DNA from: Cenococcum geophilum
Taxonomy: Eukaryota
Direction: 5' to 3'
NCBI GenBank assembly: GCA_050273025.1
Contig: CP158635.1
Span: 2,232,001-2,296,000, forward strand
Length of the DNA: 64,000 nt
Within the stretch, counting starts at the first letter, position 1. Each line of letters starts with the position of its first letter. Shown piece after piece: positions 13,296-26,712 of this stretch. The notes under the pieces are model-generated. The model did not search any database. It saw nothing but the letters and a program-made list of their open reading frames with translations, and was not told the DNA's origin. A program made the position numbers and the translations under genes.

Positions 13296-13622
13296 GGGGT
13301 CGTTCGGTTGTTCAGAGTGAATTTGTCCGCACAGCCTCAAAAATTTAATGTTCCTCTCACCGCTCGCAAAATGCTAGAATAGCACGCTAAAATATTGGCA
13401 GCTTTACCGTACACAGCTTCTGAAATGGAGCTCTTGGCATCATTTCAATATGGAGCTCGAAGCTCCTGTTACAGATTCCAGTTCAATATGGAGGCTTCAT
13501 ATTTGCACACGTCCGTGCAACCCGTAGAGCCACAGACGCGTGTTAAATCGGGAAGGAACGCTTTCTTTGTGCCGGACTTTCAGTTCATATTCAATCTAAC
13601 GGTTTTGCAACCGAACAATCCC
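13296..13622. mobile_element. Non-autonomous TIR element (GGG..GTTCGGTTG family)
   Basis: GGGGTCGTTCGGTTG ... CAACCGAACAATCCC termini, with internal TCAATATGGAG repeats shared with 13791-13950 and 25490-25607. Confidence 0.6.
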
Positions 13623-15441
13623 AAGACTTCACGATATGGCCAGCTGTTACTCCCAACATTGCAAATACGTCAGTGGTGGAGAGGAATCTGGTAATGCCGG
13701 AATTTCGTACGAAATTAGGACTTTCTCCAGTCTGAGGATATGGCCTGTTTTGACGAGAGCAAGTAGCTTACAATAGACTGGGGTGGCTTAGGGTACGTTC
13801 GGTTGCAAATCGGCTCCATATCATATTTGTTCAATCTGTGCGTATTTTAGTGTCACCCGTTTTGTAATTAGTGGCGGCTACTACCGTGGCTCATTTGAAT
13901 CTGTAATTGAGTCGATCGTTCGGTAAACTTCCATATGAGGCTCAAGATTTGGCTTCGCATAATGCGTGATTGACGTCGGTGAGCGATTCGAGTGAGGCCC
14001 TCTGCCACCAAGCCTCTATCGTGAATCCCTACTTTGGTGTAGTAATAGAGTCTCCTCCTCGGCTAACGCCCTCCCTGCGATTAATGCTTTCCTTCGCCCA
14101 CCTCCCGTAGAAGCCGTAGTAGAGCTACAGCGACGCCCGCGACCGCCGCGACGAAACAAGCTCATCGCGATTACAAAGGTTAAAATAATAACATTATATA
14201 AAGCTTGCAAATGCGACAACAGTATTGCAGTTGGGGTGTGTGGAGTCGCCATGTCATGAAAAGTTGTTACTTTGGCGCGTATACGAGAGCTTCAGATGGA
14301 ATATGGAACGGAGGCTCGAAGGCAGCATCCCTTCGTGTGGCAAAAGTCACTTTTCGTATTGGGCGCTTTTGGCGCTTTTGCTTGGGTTAGCATGCTGCAG
14401 GCACCCCAGCTAGCGCAATTTTATTAGCAAGCCCCACCAAAATACCTTAACATCATAATGCCAACGAAATACTGCAAAAGGCAACCCCAAAAATACCGAC
14501 CACAGATTTTATTTGAGGAAGTTAAGTAAAAAGTCATGATGCATGACGTCACAGTCGTATGTTCTTGCCATTCTTCCATTAACTAGCTGCTGATTATATA
14601 GGAAAATCCTCCATTAGAGTCTTCCCCTAAACTTCTACCACTTATACGCTTTATACGCGTTCCTAACATTAATAAGAATAAACCAGTAGAGGATTAGCTT
14701 AAGGTTATAATAGAGGACGTATTATATACGTCAAATGAGATGCGTAAGGTGCTATAGGTAGTTAAATGGTTTAATCAGCGATTATTTAGTGTGGAGGATC
14801 GATTAAAGGCAGTAGAGGAGGGCTTAAAGGAGGCTAAGAAAGTTACTGCCGTAAAGGCTTAATTAGCTTTAGGGTCTCAATATTAGAGGTATAAGGAAGT
14901 AGAGGATTAAAAATAGTTACCTAGTTGTCGCCTACTAAATAAAAGCTATTAAAGCACTAAAGGTATAGAGGAAGCCTATAAACCTCGCATTCGTATACTG
15001 TTTGCCGTATTTATATCACAAGCTTCCTAGCCTCCTTCCATCTATATATCTAGCATCTTAGTAAGCCCTTATAGCCTTGCTTCTTTGTAAAACCTTTAAT
15101 AGAGCGGTGAATTTGCATACACTGTTAAATTATAGGTAGTGGGGTTTTGGCAGTAACGTAGGTACTTCTTTAATTTGTTCCGATATTTTAATAACCAGGC
15201 CTAGTACCAGGTTAATATTGCCTAGGCTTTTGTAAGACTAAATAAAGACGACGCTTAGTATCTTATTTAGTTAACCCTATCTTCTAACTGCCTATAATAA
15301 TAAGGTTCTATACTAATTATATATAGAAGCGGCGGTGGGTATAAAGGAATGGCTTGCTTAATGTCCGGAAGATATTCTTACTAATAATATAGGCGTTAAT
15401 TACAGCCGTATTAAGCGCCTAAAAGAATAAGAGCATCTAGG

Positions 15442-18400
15442 TGTTACGGACGCTTTAAGTACAATGTTATAACTACTTAGAGAAGAGACAGAAGAAGCTA
15501 GTTAGTTAATTTAGGCACGGTCCAGGATGGAGCCAATAGAACTATGTAATGAGGAATAGTAACTAAGGTCACGTAGGGTAATCTATATAATTTATAGGAT
15601 CTATATAATCCGTAACAGAGCAGATAGAGTACACGTATATTACGTACAAGAAGGATTTTATAGGAGTACGGTTGTGTATTTAAGGACCCTTAGTCCCTAC
15701 CTAGATAGTTCCTTCCTTATAGTGATTCTTAGAATATAATTAGAGTTAATCTATTAGGCAACCACTCTACCAGTTATTATTACGTTGTTGACTTTTATAC
15801 TTGCATTTCCTACACACCTAGCCTAATAACAGGACCCACCGTAGTTCCTGCTACAAGGTTCCGTTACACAATCACTACCTAGTTACAGTATTAATATAAG
15901 AAGTCGAACAACATACCACTAAAAGTAGCCACTATAACGCTATCGACGGCAGCAACTACATTAAGGTTAGGTAACGACACTAGTATAGCAGACACTAACT
16001 TATAGCAACCTATAACGGTCGGATAGCTATAAGAGATAGTTGACTAGTTAACAGAAAATAATGTAATATTGGAAAACAGGATTAACGGGATAGGCGTAGT
16101 AAAGGTTAAGTTACTATTAATCAAAAGATACTTAGGAGAGAGATTAAAGCTTAAAGGATTCCTTACGTAAATACACTTTAAGGTAGCGTAAGAGGGAGCT
16201 AAGCTAGCAATACCTATGGATCAAATAGTATATGCAGGATTGTTCTTAATAGGAAGAGCACTTAAGTGGTTTAAGCCTTACCTTATAGAAATCTAAGTAA
16301 ACGGAATAATGACTACGAACTAAGAGGTACGGTTTATGTTCTTAAGCTAGAATAGATTTATAGAGTAACTTATACAAATGTTTAGAGACCTAGAGGCAGT
16401 AACTACGGCGGAAAGAAAACTCTAAGACATTATGTAATAAACCTTAGCAATTAAGTATATAATGTAGTTCCAAACATTAGCGATATAAGTTAAGTGGAAT
16501 AATAGGGCGCTTATAGCATAGTATAAATAGGGACTTAAGGCTAAAGTCCAGGACGTAATTATCCTAATAAAAGATACGGACACCCTAAGGGAACTAATAG
16601 ATTAAGCGATTAAGATTAATAATTGGATTTACTAAAGGGAATAGGCTAAGAGAGGCTAGGATAGAGTTCTATAGTTATATAAGACGTAACGTACGTAATA
16701 ACTAAAGCTAAGTTAGAAATTATAGTATAGCGCAGAGCTAATAGACCTAAGTGGTACTAAAGAAGCCTATAAGAGATAGAGTAAGAAACTATAAAAACCT
16801 AGAGGTTAAGGATCTAGTAATTATAGGACTAAGGAGCAAAGGCTAAACTAAGGATCTTAGTAGCAGAAGACGTTTAGGTAGACTCTATAGTAAAAGTAAT
16901 AGTTTAGGGAAAGAGCTTATATAAATTGCGGAAAATAAGGTCACTTCGCGAGGGATTATAAAGATGGTTAGAGGTACTATATAATAAAGGGAATAAGGCT
17001 AACGGCAGAAGACATATACGTATAAAGGGATAATAGTATACTACGAGGAACAAAAGAATGTTTAATTAGAAGTTTTGCATTTTATTATAATAATACATAC
17101 CGAATTTATAAAGACGCTAAGTATAGCGTAAGCTATTGGCTATAGGAGCCAGCACCTATAGGATGCAGAGAAACTAATAAACCAGTTCACAGATCGGACA
17201 TTAAGGACGATAAATTCAACATAGGCGAAATATTTCGTAACGATAAGGTAATAAGAGCGGTTTACTGGAAACACGTAGCCATTAGAGATATTATACTAGA
17301 GGTAGAGGATAATTCCACTATAGAATAGGGAACATTAGTAGGGATTAAGACCCCACTAGACACGATGTCTATCGCTTTATAAGACGTAAGAGAAGTAGGA
17401 TAGTAAACCACTTCGGCACTTAATAAAGGTAAAAGGCCAAAGGCTTAAGATTCTTAAGATAAGATAAGGTAAGCTTAAGGACCTATAACAGACGAAAACC
17501 GATAGAGTAGAGTAGTAGCTTAGTTTAAGAATATATAAATGAGCTCGGGATAGAGATTCCCATAGGTATAAGATTCTTAAGATAAGATAAGTGAGATTTA
17601 AGACTTTTAAAACGAGATAAGAACACTAAGTAAGCCTAGTTAGACTAAGGCTGGAGCTAAGCTTAAGTTAAAAGCAAGCTTAGGATTAATAAATCTAAGG
17701 GATTAAGAATTCGGAGTATAAATTAGGACACCTATAGGCAAGAGGTAAGGAGCTTCTTTATAGATTAGAAAATCTGCAGCATAAATAGTAATTAGATTAG
17801 GAGACAGACATATAGACCTAGAGGACTTACTAGTAGAATATAGCGTTTAGACTAAAGATTAAAGAGTTAATACTAAGATTAAGAAGCAAGAAAACTTTAA
17901 GGATTTGTTAGTAAGACGTAAACTAAAGGAAACCATAGAAGAATTCAGAGTAAAAATTATCGCATGGTAAGAATAAAAACTAGATAAGAGATCTAGCATA
18001 TTAGGACGTATAAAGGACAGAGCGCTAGTACAAAGAATTACTAATAGGCTAAGAATAGGTATACTAAGAGCTAAGTGGCTTACCAAACTGGAAAATAAAG
18101 AGGATTTAGGAATTCCTACTAGGTTTAAAAAACGACACACTAAGGGCTGTTACGATATAGTAATAAGAAGATACTTCCTTATAGATAAGCCGTATATACT
18201 CTAGCAGCTATACTAAAAGTAGTATAGGCAAAGGCATAACAATAAGTGGGAAGATTTCTATATGTGGTTGGATAAAAAAGTTATCTAGAACCACCCAATT
18301 ATAAAAAAGGCCATAAATTATATTAAAGGAGCCTTAATTATAACGTTAAGGGATCTAGAGGAGCGTTTAAAGGACTAAAGAAGCAAAAAGCGTATCTTAG

Positions 18401-21400
18401 TACCTGCGAATAAAGTTATAACGTTCAGATTAATATAATAGAGGTTTAAACTTAAGAGCGAAGACGAGCTAAGAGTTAACCTAAAGCACCTAGTATACTA
18501 CACGTTATCGTAGATTGCGTACGTGGACGATATATACAAGATATATAAAAATCTAAAAGAGAAGAATTGGAAATACCTTTTAAGGATATATTAGATAACG
18601 GACAAGCAATAATATAGGAATGCTAAATATATATATAGATGGCATCCAGCAGAAGTCCAAGAGGAAGGAAATTTAATACTTTAACTAGGAAGATTCCTTA
18701 CGGAAGAATACTTAGACAGATAATAGTGATGGGAATGCCTAGAAAATATGTGTCTATAGTATATTAAAGATAAGAAGCGAACTAAGCATTAGCTAAAGAA
18801 TAAGCTAAGTACAACGGGATTAAGCAGCTAATAGTTAGGAAAAGTAGAGGCCTATAGAACTAAAGGGAGCTAGTAGTAGAGCCTTAGACCCTTAAAGGAA
18901 TTCAAGGACAACACCTAAATTTATAAGTTAAATGGCAAGATTAATAGTTTAAGGCATTAATAGATAGTAGAGCAATAAGGAACTATATCTTACTAGTAGC
19001 AGTTAAAAGAATGGGATTACCTTATAGATAAAAGGAGGAATCTTACCTATTAGTAACAATTTTAGGAGATCTAATAGCCTATAAAGGAGGGATTATTAAT
19101 CTTAAAATAGGACCTATTTAGTTAACTATTAAAGGGAGACAAATCAAGATATCTTTTAATATATTACTATTAGGGAATAATAAGGCAGTATTAGGAATGC
19201 CTTAGTTATAGGAATATAATCTAAAGATCGATTAGGTTATAGGTTAGGTCGATATTAGGGATACTTAATACCGTAAGATATAATAATAAGCCAAGTTGGT
19301 ATAGTACTAAGTTAGAGCGATATATAAAGAGACTAAGTAAGGCTTAAGTTATATACTAAAGAGATACCATAAGTACGGCAAAAAACTATAGTTACTAGAA
19401 AGTAAGAAGCTGTTAGAGTATATAGTATGGGACTATAAGATAAAATTAGAACTAGAAATAAGTCTAAGGTTCTTTCTAATCTATAAGCTTACTAAAAAAG
19501 AAGGTAGAGCACTAAAAGAGTTTATTTAAGAAAACCTATAAAAGGGATACATTAGACCATTGCAGTTATTAGCAGGATATCCAGTACTATTCGTACTAAA
19601 GAAAAATAGTAAACTAAGGCTGTATATTAACTATAGATAGTTAAATAGCATTACTAGGAAGGATAGGTATTCTTTACCCTTAATTAGCAAATCTAAGATA
19701 GGATAGGCAATGTGTAAATCTTTATAAAGATAGATTTAAGATAAATGTACTATTAGATTAGGATTAAGGAAGGCAACAAATAAAAGGTAGCCTTTAGGTT
19801 AAAGGAAGGACTATATAAACTATTAGTTATGTAATTCGGGCTTATAAACGTACTAGTAACGTTCTAAAAGCGTATTAATAATATATTAGAAGAATACTTA
19901 GATGAATTTATTATAGTATACCTTAATAATATCATTATCTATTTAATAAGTAAGGAAGAATATAGAGAATATGTTAAATAGGTCTTAAAGAGACTATAAG
20001 AAGAATAGATGCTAGTAGTAATTAAGAAATGCGAGTTCTTCACTAGGAAGACCGATTTTGTTAGATTTATTATTAAACTAGGCCAACTTAGTATAGATCT
20101 AAAGAAGATTAAGGCTATAGTAAATTGGTAGGAACTAGAGAACGTCATATAGTTAAAATTGTTCTTAGGGTTTTATAATTACTGTAGAAGGTTTATAGTG
20201 CAATAGTTAAAGAATATTAAGCCATTTACGCGATTAATAAAGAAAGAAGAACTATAGGTATGGGGAGAGGAATAGTAAGAACTCTTTAAGAAAGTTAAAG
20301 AGTTATTTACCTAAGAGCTAGCTCTTAAGATCTATTAACTAGGACTAGAAACAGTTATAGAAATAGATATATTAGACTATATACTAGGGGCGTACTTTAT
20401 ACAGAAATATTAAGATAGATGGCACCCAGTGGCGTACTATAGTCGGAAGATAATACTACTAGAGTTAAACTATAACATCTATAATAAAGAGTTATTAGGT
20501 ATAATTGCAGCACTAAAAAAATAGAGAGCATTCTTATAAGGCATAGAGAAACTATTTATAGTTAAGATGGATTATAAGAACCTAACAGGATTCCTAATAA
20601 TAAAGGAACTTAACTAAAAATAGGTTAGATAGGCAGAGATGCTTATAGAATACTATTTTAAGATTTAGTATACTAAGGGTACAGATAATACGCGGGTAGA
20701 CGCTCTAAGCCGTAAAGCTGAACTATAAAATAATAAAAAGCTATTAGGGGCTTTACTGCGAAAAGATATAGACGGATTAATTAGATATAATTATCCGAAA
20801 ATTGTAGCGACTAAGGAAAATAATAAGTTAGAAAGAGTTTATAAAATATTAGAAAGCTTTTAGGTATAAAGGATTCTAGAAGTATAGCTAGAAGATTTAT
20901 AGTCGGATATATACAAGAATTAAAAATTGAGGTATATCCTAAGAAGCATAGCAGAGTAGTTTATGGAGGACTTTTATAAGGGATTAACTTAAGGACATAA
21001 TAGAGCTATAGGCTTAGTGTTAAGACTCTAGGAGGAGTATATTATTAATAAAATCTAAAGAATAGCTAGGAAGGTTATAAAGGAGTGTCTAGATTACTAA
21101 AGAAATAAATTAATAAGGCATAAGCCATATAGAGGGCTATAACCTATTAAAATACCAGAGAGACTATAGGAGGTTATATTATGGGACTTTATTATTAAGT
21201 TACTAAAGTTAAGAAATCCTATTACCAGACAAGATTATAATATAATTTTAGTAATAGTAGATAAGCTTATAAAGTGGGGATACTTTATAGCCTGTATGGA
21301 AGAAATTTTAGTAGAAGATGTCGCTAGAATCTATATTAAAGAAGTATTTATAAGATATAGAGTACTAAGTAAGATTATATTAGATAAAGATCTAAGATTT

Positions 21401-23392
21401 ATAGCAGTATTCTAGGAGGTATTCTTAGCAGAGTAAGGAGTTAGAGCAGTAACTTCTACTATATATTATCCGTAGACAGACGGTTAAATAGAAAGATTAA
21501 ATTAGACACTAAAGCAGTATCTAAAGCATTATGTTAATTATATATAGAATAATTAGGTATTACTATTACTAGTTATATAGTTTATATATAATACAACACC
21601 TTAAGAAGGAATAGGCATATTACTATTTAAGGCAAATTATGGATATAAGCTAAGAATATCGTTGTTATTAAGATAAGTAAAGAAGACGAGTAGTATAGCT
21701 AAAGAAAGGATAAAGACGTTAATAAATCTTTATATAGACCTTATAGAATTAGCAAAAAAGGTATAAGAAAGAATAAAAAGGTACTATAATGCTAAGAGAT
21801 CTAAGGAACCAGATCTTAAGGAGGGAGATAAAGTATGGCTACTATATAAAAATTTTAAGAGTTAATAACTAAGTAAGAAGTTAGACTATGTTAGACTAGG
21901 ACCTTTTAAAATTACATAAAGGATTTTATTAGTCACGTTTAAGTTAAACCTACTAGCTAAAATAAAGATCTACCCTATATAATACATTGTAATGCTAAAG
22001 CTAGCATATAGGAATGTTAAGCCACCGGTCTATAAAGCAGACACGTATAGAGGATAAGAAGAAGATAAATAGCAAGTTTTAAAGATCGTTAGTTATAAGG
22101 ACGTTAATAATAAAATATGGTACAAGGTTAAGTAAATAGGCTATACTAAGACTACCTAGGAGCTACTAGAGAATTTAAAGAACGCTATAGGAAAGGTATA
22201 GGAGTATTAAAAGAGATTAGGTTAGGAAGCATTAATAAAAAAGGATCGCTAAAGAATGAGTCACCTAAGGGGGACCTAAGAAGAGCAGTTGCCGAGCTAC
22301 TTAGATCTATTTCCTTCTCTATTAGAAGAAAATCCGTTTTTTTATTATTAAGTTCCTATAAACCTTATTCTATAAGTTTCTACTCCTTAGAACGAACCTT
22401 CTTATAAACCTTCTTAAGACGGATTAACTAAGTAGACGCCGCAAGGTAAGACTTAAGGGCCCGTTACTAAGTATTAGCAGCCTCCTGTTTAGCATCCTAA
22501 GAATAACGCAATTTGGTAAGAGTAATAGACAGTTTATTATCTAGCCGCGCAGCAGTAGATTAAATATAAAACCTTAAGACAAATCAATTAGGGAACTGGA
22601 CGACTATTAAGAGTAATAGGTTGTATATATTTAGCATTAAAGACGGAGTAAATATTATAAAACGAATAAATATTCGCTCTAGTGCACTCTAAGTAAGAGG
22701 ACGGTTATTATAAAGATGGGTTCGCTAACGTAATATAAACCAACCCCTCTTTTAAGCAGCGAGAATACGGAGACAGTATAATCTTACTAAGAAATAATAT
22801 TGCAGTAATAGTGCGGATACGACAAGCGGTTAAAGAAGAAGAAATTGCTTTAGGTATAATGAGCAATAATATTAACTAAATTAATTAGATGGATATTATA
22901 CCTTTAGTAAATAACTTAGAGATATTTTAAAGCTTTAAAAACGAAGATAGAGAGGAGGGAGATGGTATTACGGACGCTTTAAGTATAATATTATAACTAC
23001 TTAGAGAAGAGACGAAAGAAGCTAGTTAGTTAATTTAGGTACGGTCCAGGATAGAGCCGATAAAACTATATAACAAGGAATAGTAACTAAGGTCACGTGG
23101 GGTAATCTATATAATCTATAGGATTTATATAATCTATAATAGAGTAAATAGAGCACACGTATATTACGTATAAGAAGGATTTTATAGGAGTACGGTTGTG
23201 TATTTAAGGACCCTTAGTCCCTACCTAGATAGTTCCTTCCTTGTAGTAATTCTTAGAATACAATTAGAGTTAATCTGTTAGGCAACTACTCCACCAGTTG
23301 TTATTACGTTGTTGACTTTTATACTTGCATTTCCTACACACCTAGCCCAATAACAGGACCCACCGTAGTTCCTACTACAAGGTTCCGTTATA
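15442..23392 (+). mobile_element. Ty3/Gypsy chromovirus family B, copy B1, full length, RIP-inactivated
   Basis: 427-bp LTRs at 15442-15868 and 22966-23392; TSD CTAGG at 15437-15441 and 23393-23397. Contains gag with a CCHC knuckle (~16915-16960), PR, RT, RH, IN and chromodomain (~22055-22210). PPT GAGAGGAGGGAGA precedes the 3' LTR. Confidence 0.95.
22250..22857 (-). pseudogene. Antisense Zn2Cys6-like/coiled-coil accessory gene of Gypsy-B (copy in B1)
   Basis: Collinear RIP-damaged frame in all three B copies; see findings. Confidence 0.65.
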
Positions 23393-25864
23393 CTAGGTAT
23401 ATATAGTAGTAATCTAGGTAGTATAGTAGCTTTAAAGTTAATTATGGATATTAACGCCGCCTATTTAGTTATTATAGTCGATAGAGAGCCTAGGAAGCGT
23501 TAACTTCTTAATTAAATTATTACCCTAAATGTTAGCCACTAGCTTTTTAAGGAAGGAATTATATGCTTGCGGCCAATATTGGTTAACTTTATTAACATCC
23601 TTACTGCTATATAAGTGAGCCGTTGTTAAAAACTGTACTAAATTCTTATTCTGCTATATAATTGAAAGCACCAAATTAACTACGCTAATAACTATTCCCG
23701 TAATGAAGTTAAACGGTAGTTTTGCCTTTCTTTTATTAGCCCTTTTATATACCTCTGGATAGTCCTTTAAGTTTAATTAAGCCGTCCTAGCTGTAGTAAT
23801 CCTAAGCTATTAAAGCACCTAAAGCAACGGAATATTAGTAAAATAGTTGTTTAAAAATAGGCAGAATTAACGGGTCTAGAGAGGAAGCTACTAGGTAAGG
23901 TAGAGGACGCATTTAGAGGTCTTTAAGAGGACGATATCTTGGTAATCCGTTTAAGAAGGAAGCCTAAAAAAGCAACCAGGTGATATGAATATAAAGTTAT
24001 AGCAATATCTATATTAACAAAGACTCATTATCTTATAGCCTTTAGGTATTAGCTTGCTAGGTAATTTAATTATAGCCGTAGATTATCTAGTAAACCTTAC
24101 TATTATCTTATTAAAGCTAACTATAGATCCAGGTATAACATACTTTCTAAACGCCTCGCCTAAAGATATTATTAACGGCTTAATCTTCTTAAATATATAA
24201 CGCTTAACGCCTTCTGGTAGAGGCGGTGATACGTAAAAAAAGCGCTTAAGTTGCTTCTATCTTTTTTGGCCTATAAATAAGCTGATTAAGTATCTAGGAT
24301 ATTTAGGATCTATAGCCCAAAGGTCTCGTACTTAAGGAACTTTAAAGACGCCTATATAGATAATAAATCCTACCTAAATTATTAACTCGCCCGTAGAGGT
24401 CTCCTTCCACGCCTATAATTGTTTACCGGTGTGCTATCCTAATTAGTAATATCTGCTAGCGTTTTAAGAGGCTGTATAGAGGTTTATACTAATTACAAGC
24501 TTCTTAAATACGCTGACACTAAAGAACAGTAGAAATACTTAAATTGGTAGGTCCTACCTAGATCTACACCTATTAGATACTATACTAACCTAATCTGCTA
24601 CCGTATAGTAAGCAGAGCGCTTATTATCCTTATCTTAAGCAGAAGATTTATTAGATTGGGCGCCCGTACTAGAGCCGTAGATAGGCTTACTAGTACGCTA
24701 AGCGGCAAATATTAACTCCTTTAGAAGGTTAATAACTTTAAAATCTAATTTAGGAATAGTAGCTATAGGCTTCTAGGTAGTAGGTATGGCAGGGAAGCCT
24801 ATTCTTAAAACTTCTTTAGCTAATAGCTTTGGTAATTTAGTCTTATCTACCTTATCTACCTCATCCTCAGCGGTCTCACCGCGGGCCTCAAAAACAGCCT
24901 CTAATTTGTCTTCCTTAATACCCTCTTTCTGGCTAGTCGGCCGAACCTCTTCCTAAATATCCTTACTTAGCATTACCGCCGCTAAAGCCTCTAGAGGCTG
25001 TATAGCTACTACCGCTAAGCTATTGTGTATATACTGCGTTGCCTAAAAAGATTATAAATAAGACTCCTATGCTTAAGGTGCTTTTAGAGGCCTTAGAGCT
25101 TTTGAAGCTTTTTAAGCCTTTAGAGGCTTCGGAGCTAAAGACGCACAACATTTTCTAGGCATAAGGATAATATTTTGCTAAGACTTTAAGAATTAAATAG
25201 GCAATAATAATATTAAGGCTCTTTGATTAACTACACCACTATTCTATACAGGCTTTCTAACCACGTCGCTGCTACTCACCGCAATATTCAAGATTCCAAA
25301 ATTCGGAGGTGGCGCCTATACCCCTACCGCCGAGCAGTTGCACTGACCAAGGCTTCAACACCAAGCTATATACAGTATAGAGCCTTTAGATTGGCTTGGG
25401 AGGCGTGTATATACGAATATTGCAAGAAACGGTTGCCACATAAAGGGATATTGAAACGGTGCCAAGAACCTCATTTCAACTACCGTATATAGTATAGGTT
25501 GCAAATTTGACGCGCTTACCGATATGGAGGAGCTCCATATTTAAAAGTTGTCAGATTTACCGAACAACAACCTTATATTCAATATGAAGTTGCAACCGAA
25601 CGGCCCCTTTAGCCATACAGAGTATTTCAGCGTCATGGCACTCAGAAAGCTATCAGAATACTAAAACAATAAAAATAATCAAAACGTAAACACTAAAGCT
25701 ATTCTTAATTAATGATATTGTAGTAACTATCGTGATGTACCACTCCGCGCCCTAACTTGCCCTCGGCGCCTAATGTGACTTCCCTAAAACGTGGCGCGGC
25801 GATCTTTATTCAACATTACCGCTTTAGGCAGGTGACTTTAAAATAGGTCTTGGGCTGATATTTA

Positions 25865-26355
25865 TCCCTTGGACTGGTACAATTCGTCCTACCGTTATCG
25901 ATAAGAACTAGCCAATAGGATCAATAGGATCAAGGCTCCGTGATGAAAAATATGAGGTTGTAGAATCTGCTGATTTCCATATACATTTGCTATATACACC
26001 CAATTTTTGGAGTTAAGTCGCTTAAGATAGGGTAACTAATATTTATCGTTTCTGTAGAACGGAATTTTGCAAACAGCGAGGTTTAGAGGAAGATTTAGGG
26101 TGCCATGGTTGTTAAAATTCGCGATATATAAAGGCTCGAAGGAGGGCAACGGCCACGGCTGCGGAGGTTCTTTGGCCTTTCAAGTCGGTGGAATTGAATA
26201 TTCAGTTGGTGGAACAAAGTCTATATCATTAGAAGTACGATTAGAGGGCATATATAATATCTGAATCTATGTGGGTGATACGCGTACTTTTGATTCTAGC
26301 GTTTTGGTGTTCTGCGCACAGTCCAATTATCGTAGGACGCTACCAGCCCAAGGGA
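25865..26355. mobile_element. MITE, 491 bp, TIR TCCCTTGGRCTGGTA, TA TSD
   Basis: TA|TCCCTTGGACTGGTA ... TACCAGCCCAAGGGA|TA. The subterminal AATTCGTCC..TTATCGATAAG block is shared with the 140-bp MITEs. Confidence 0.8.
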
Positions 26356-26357
26356 TA

Positions 26358-26499
26358 TCCCTTAAAATTCGTCCACACGTTATCGATAAGGGCTAGCCAA
26401 TAGAATCAATAAGATCAAGGCTCCGTGACCATATGCGTACCTTCGATTCTGTTGTTCCGCACGGACCACCTACCTTGTGGACGTTGGCGGGTTAAGGGA
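26358..26499. mobile_element. MITE, 142 bp, same TCCCTT family
   Basis: TA|TCCCTTAA ... GCGGGTTAAGGGA|TA; inverted homolog of 12239-12378. Confidence 0.8.
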
Positions 26500-26712
26500 T
26501 AACGTAGACGAGACGGCTACCTAAGCTAGACACCCTATTAACCACTAAAAATCTATCAACTTTAACTTACTATAGCTATATTACAATTTAACAAGTTACA
26601 ATGCAATCGCCTGCTAAAGAAACCCTTGAAATTAGCCTAATAGAGCTTCCACAAGCTCTAGAGGACTATGGAAACCCTTTCTATTAATACTACACCCTAA
26701 TTTGGCGGTAGT

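Larger units (their letters stand above)
14935..25162 (-). pseudogene. piggyBac-like (DDD) transposase relic, split by Gypsy-B1
   Basis: Minus strand from ATG at 25162: NKNLVQFLTTAH, PRLSIDYNN*IGGVNIHN*L (YN..MGGVD..D before RIP). Across the insertion it continues LLFF*ALNTAVINAYII, with a Cys-rich C-terminus near 14940-15130. TIRs were not located. Confidence 0.85.
13791..25607. mobile_element. Putative TIR element (PIF/Harbinger-like ends) expanded by nested piggyBac-like and Gypsy-B1 insertions
   Basis: GGGTACGTTCGGTTGCA (13791) and TGCAACCGAACGGCCCC (ending 25607) match at 15 of 17 positions as inverted repeats. Flanks are TTA and TTT(A). Pairing of the two ends is inferred. Confidence 0.45.

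Noticed and set aside
12968..14413. Cluster of 60-99 aa ORFs
   Set aside because: No recognisable domains or splice-supported model; they overlap MITE-like sequence.
25223..26264. ORFs 25223-25492 and 26067-26264
   Set aside because: Non-ATG starts within or beside MITE sequence and no recognisable motifs.
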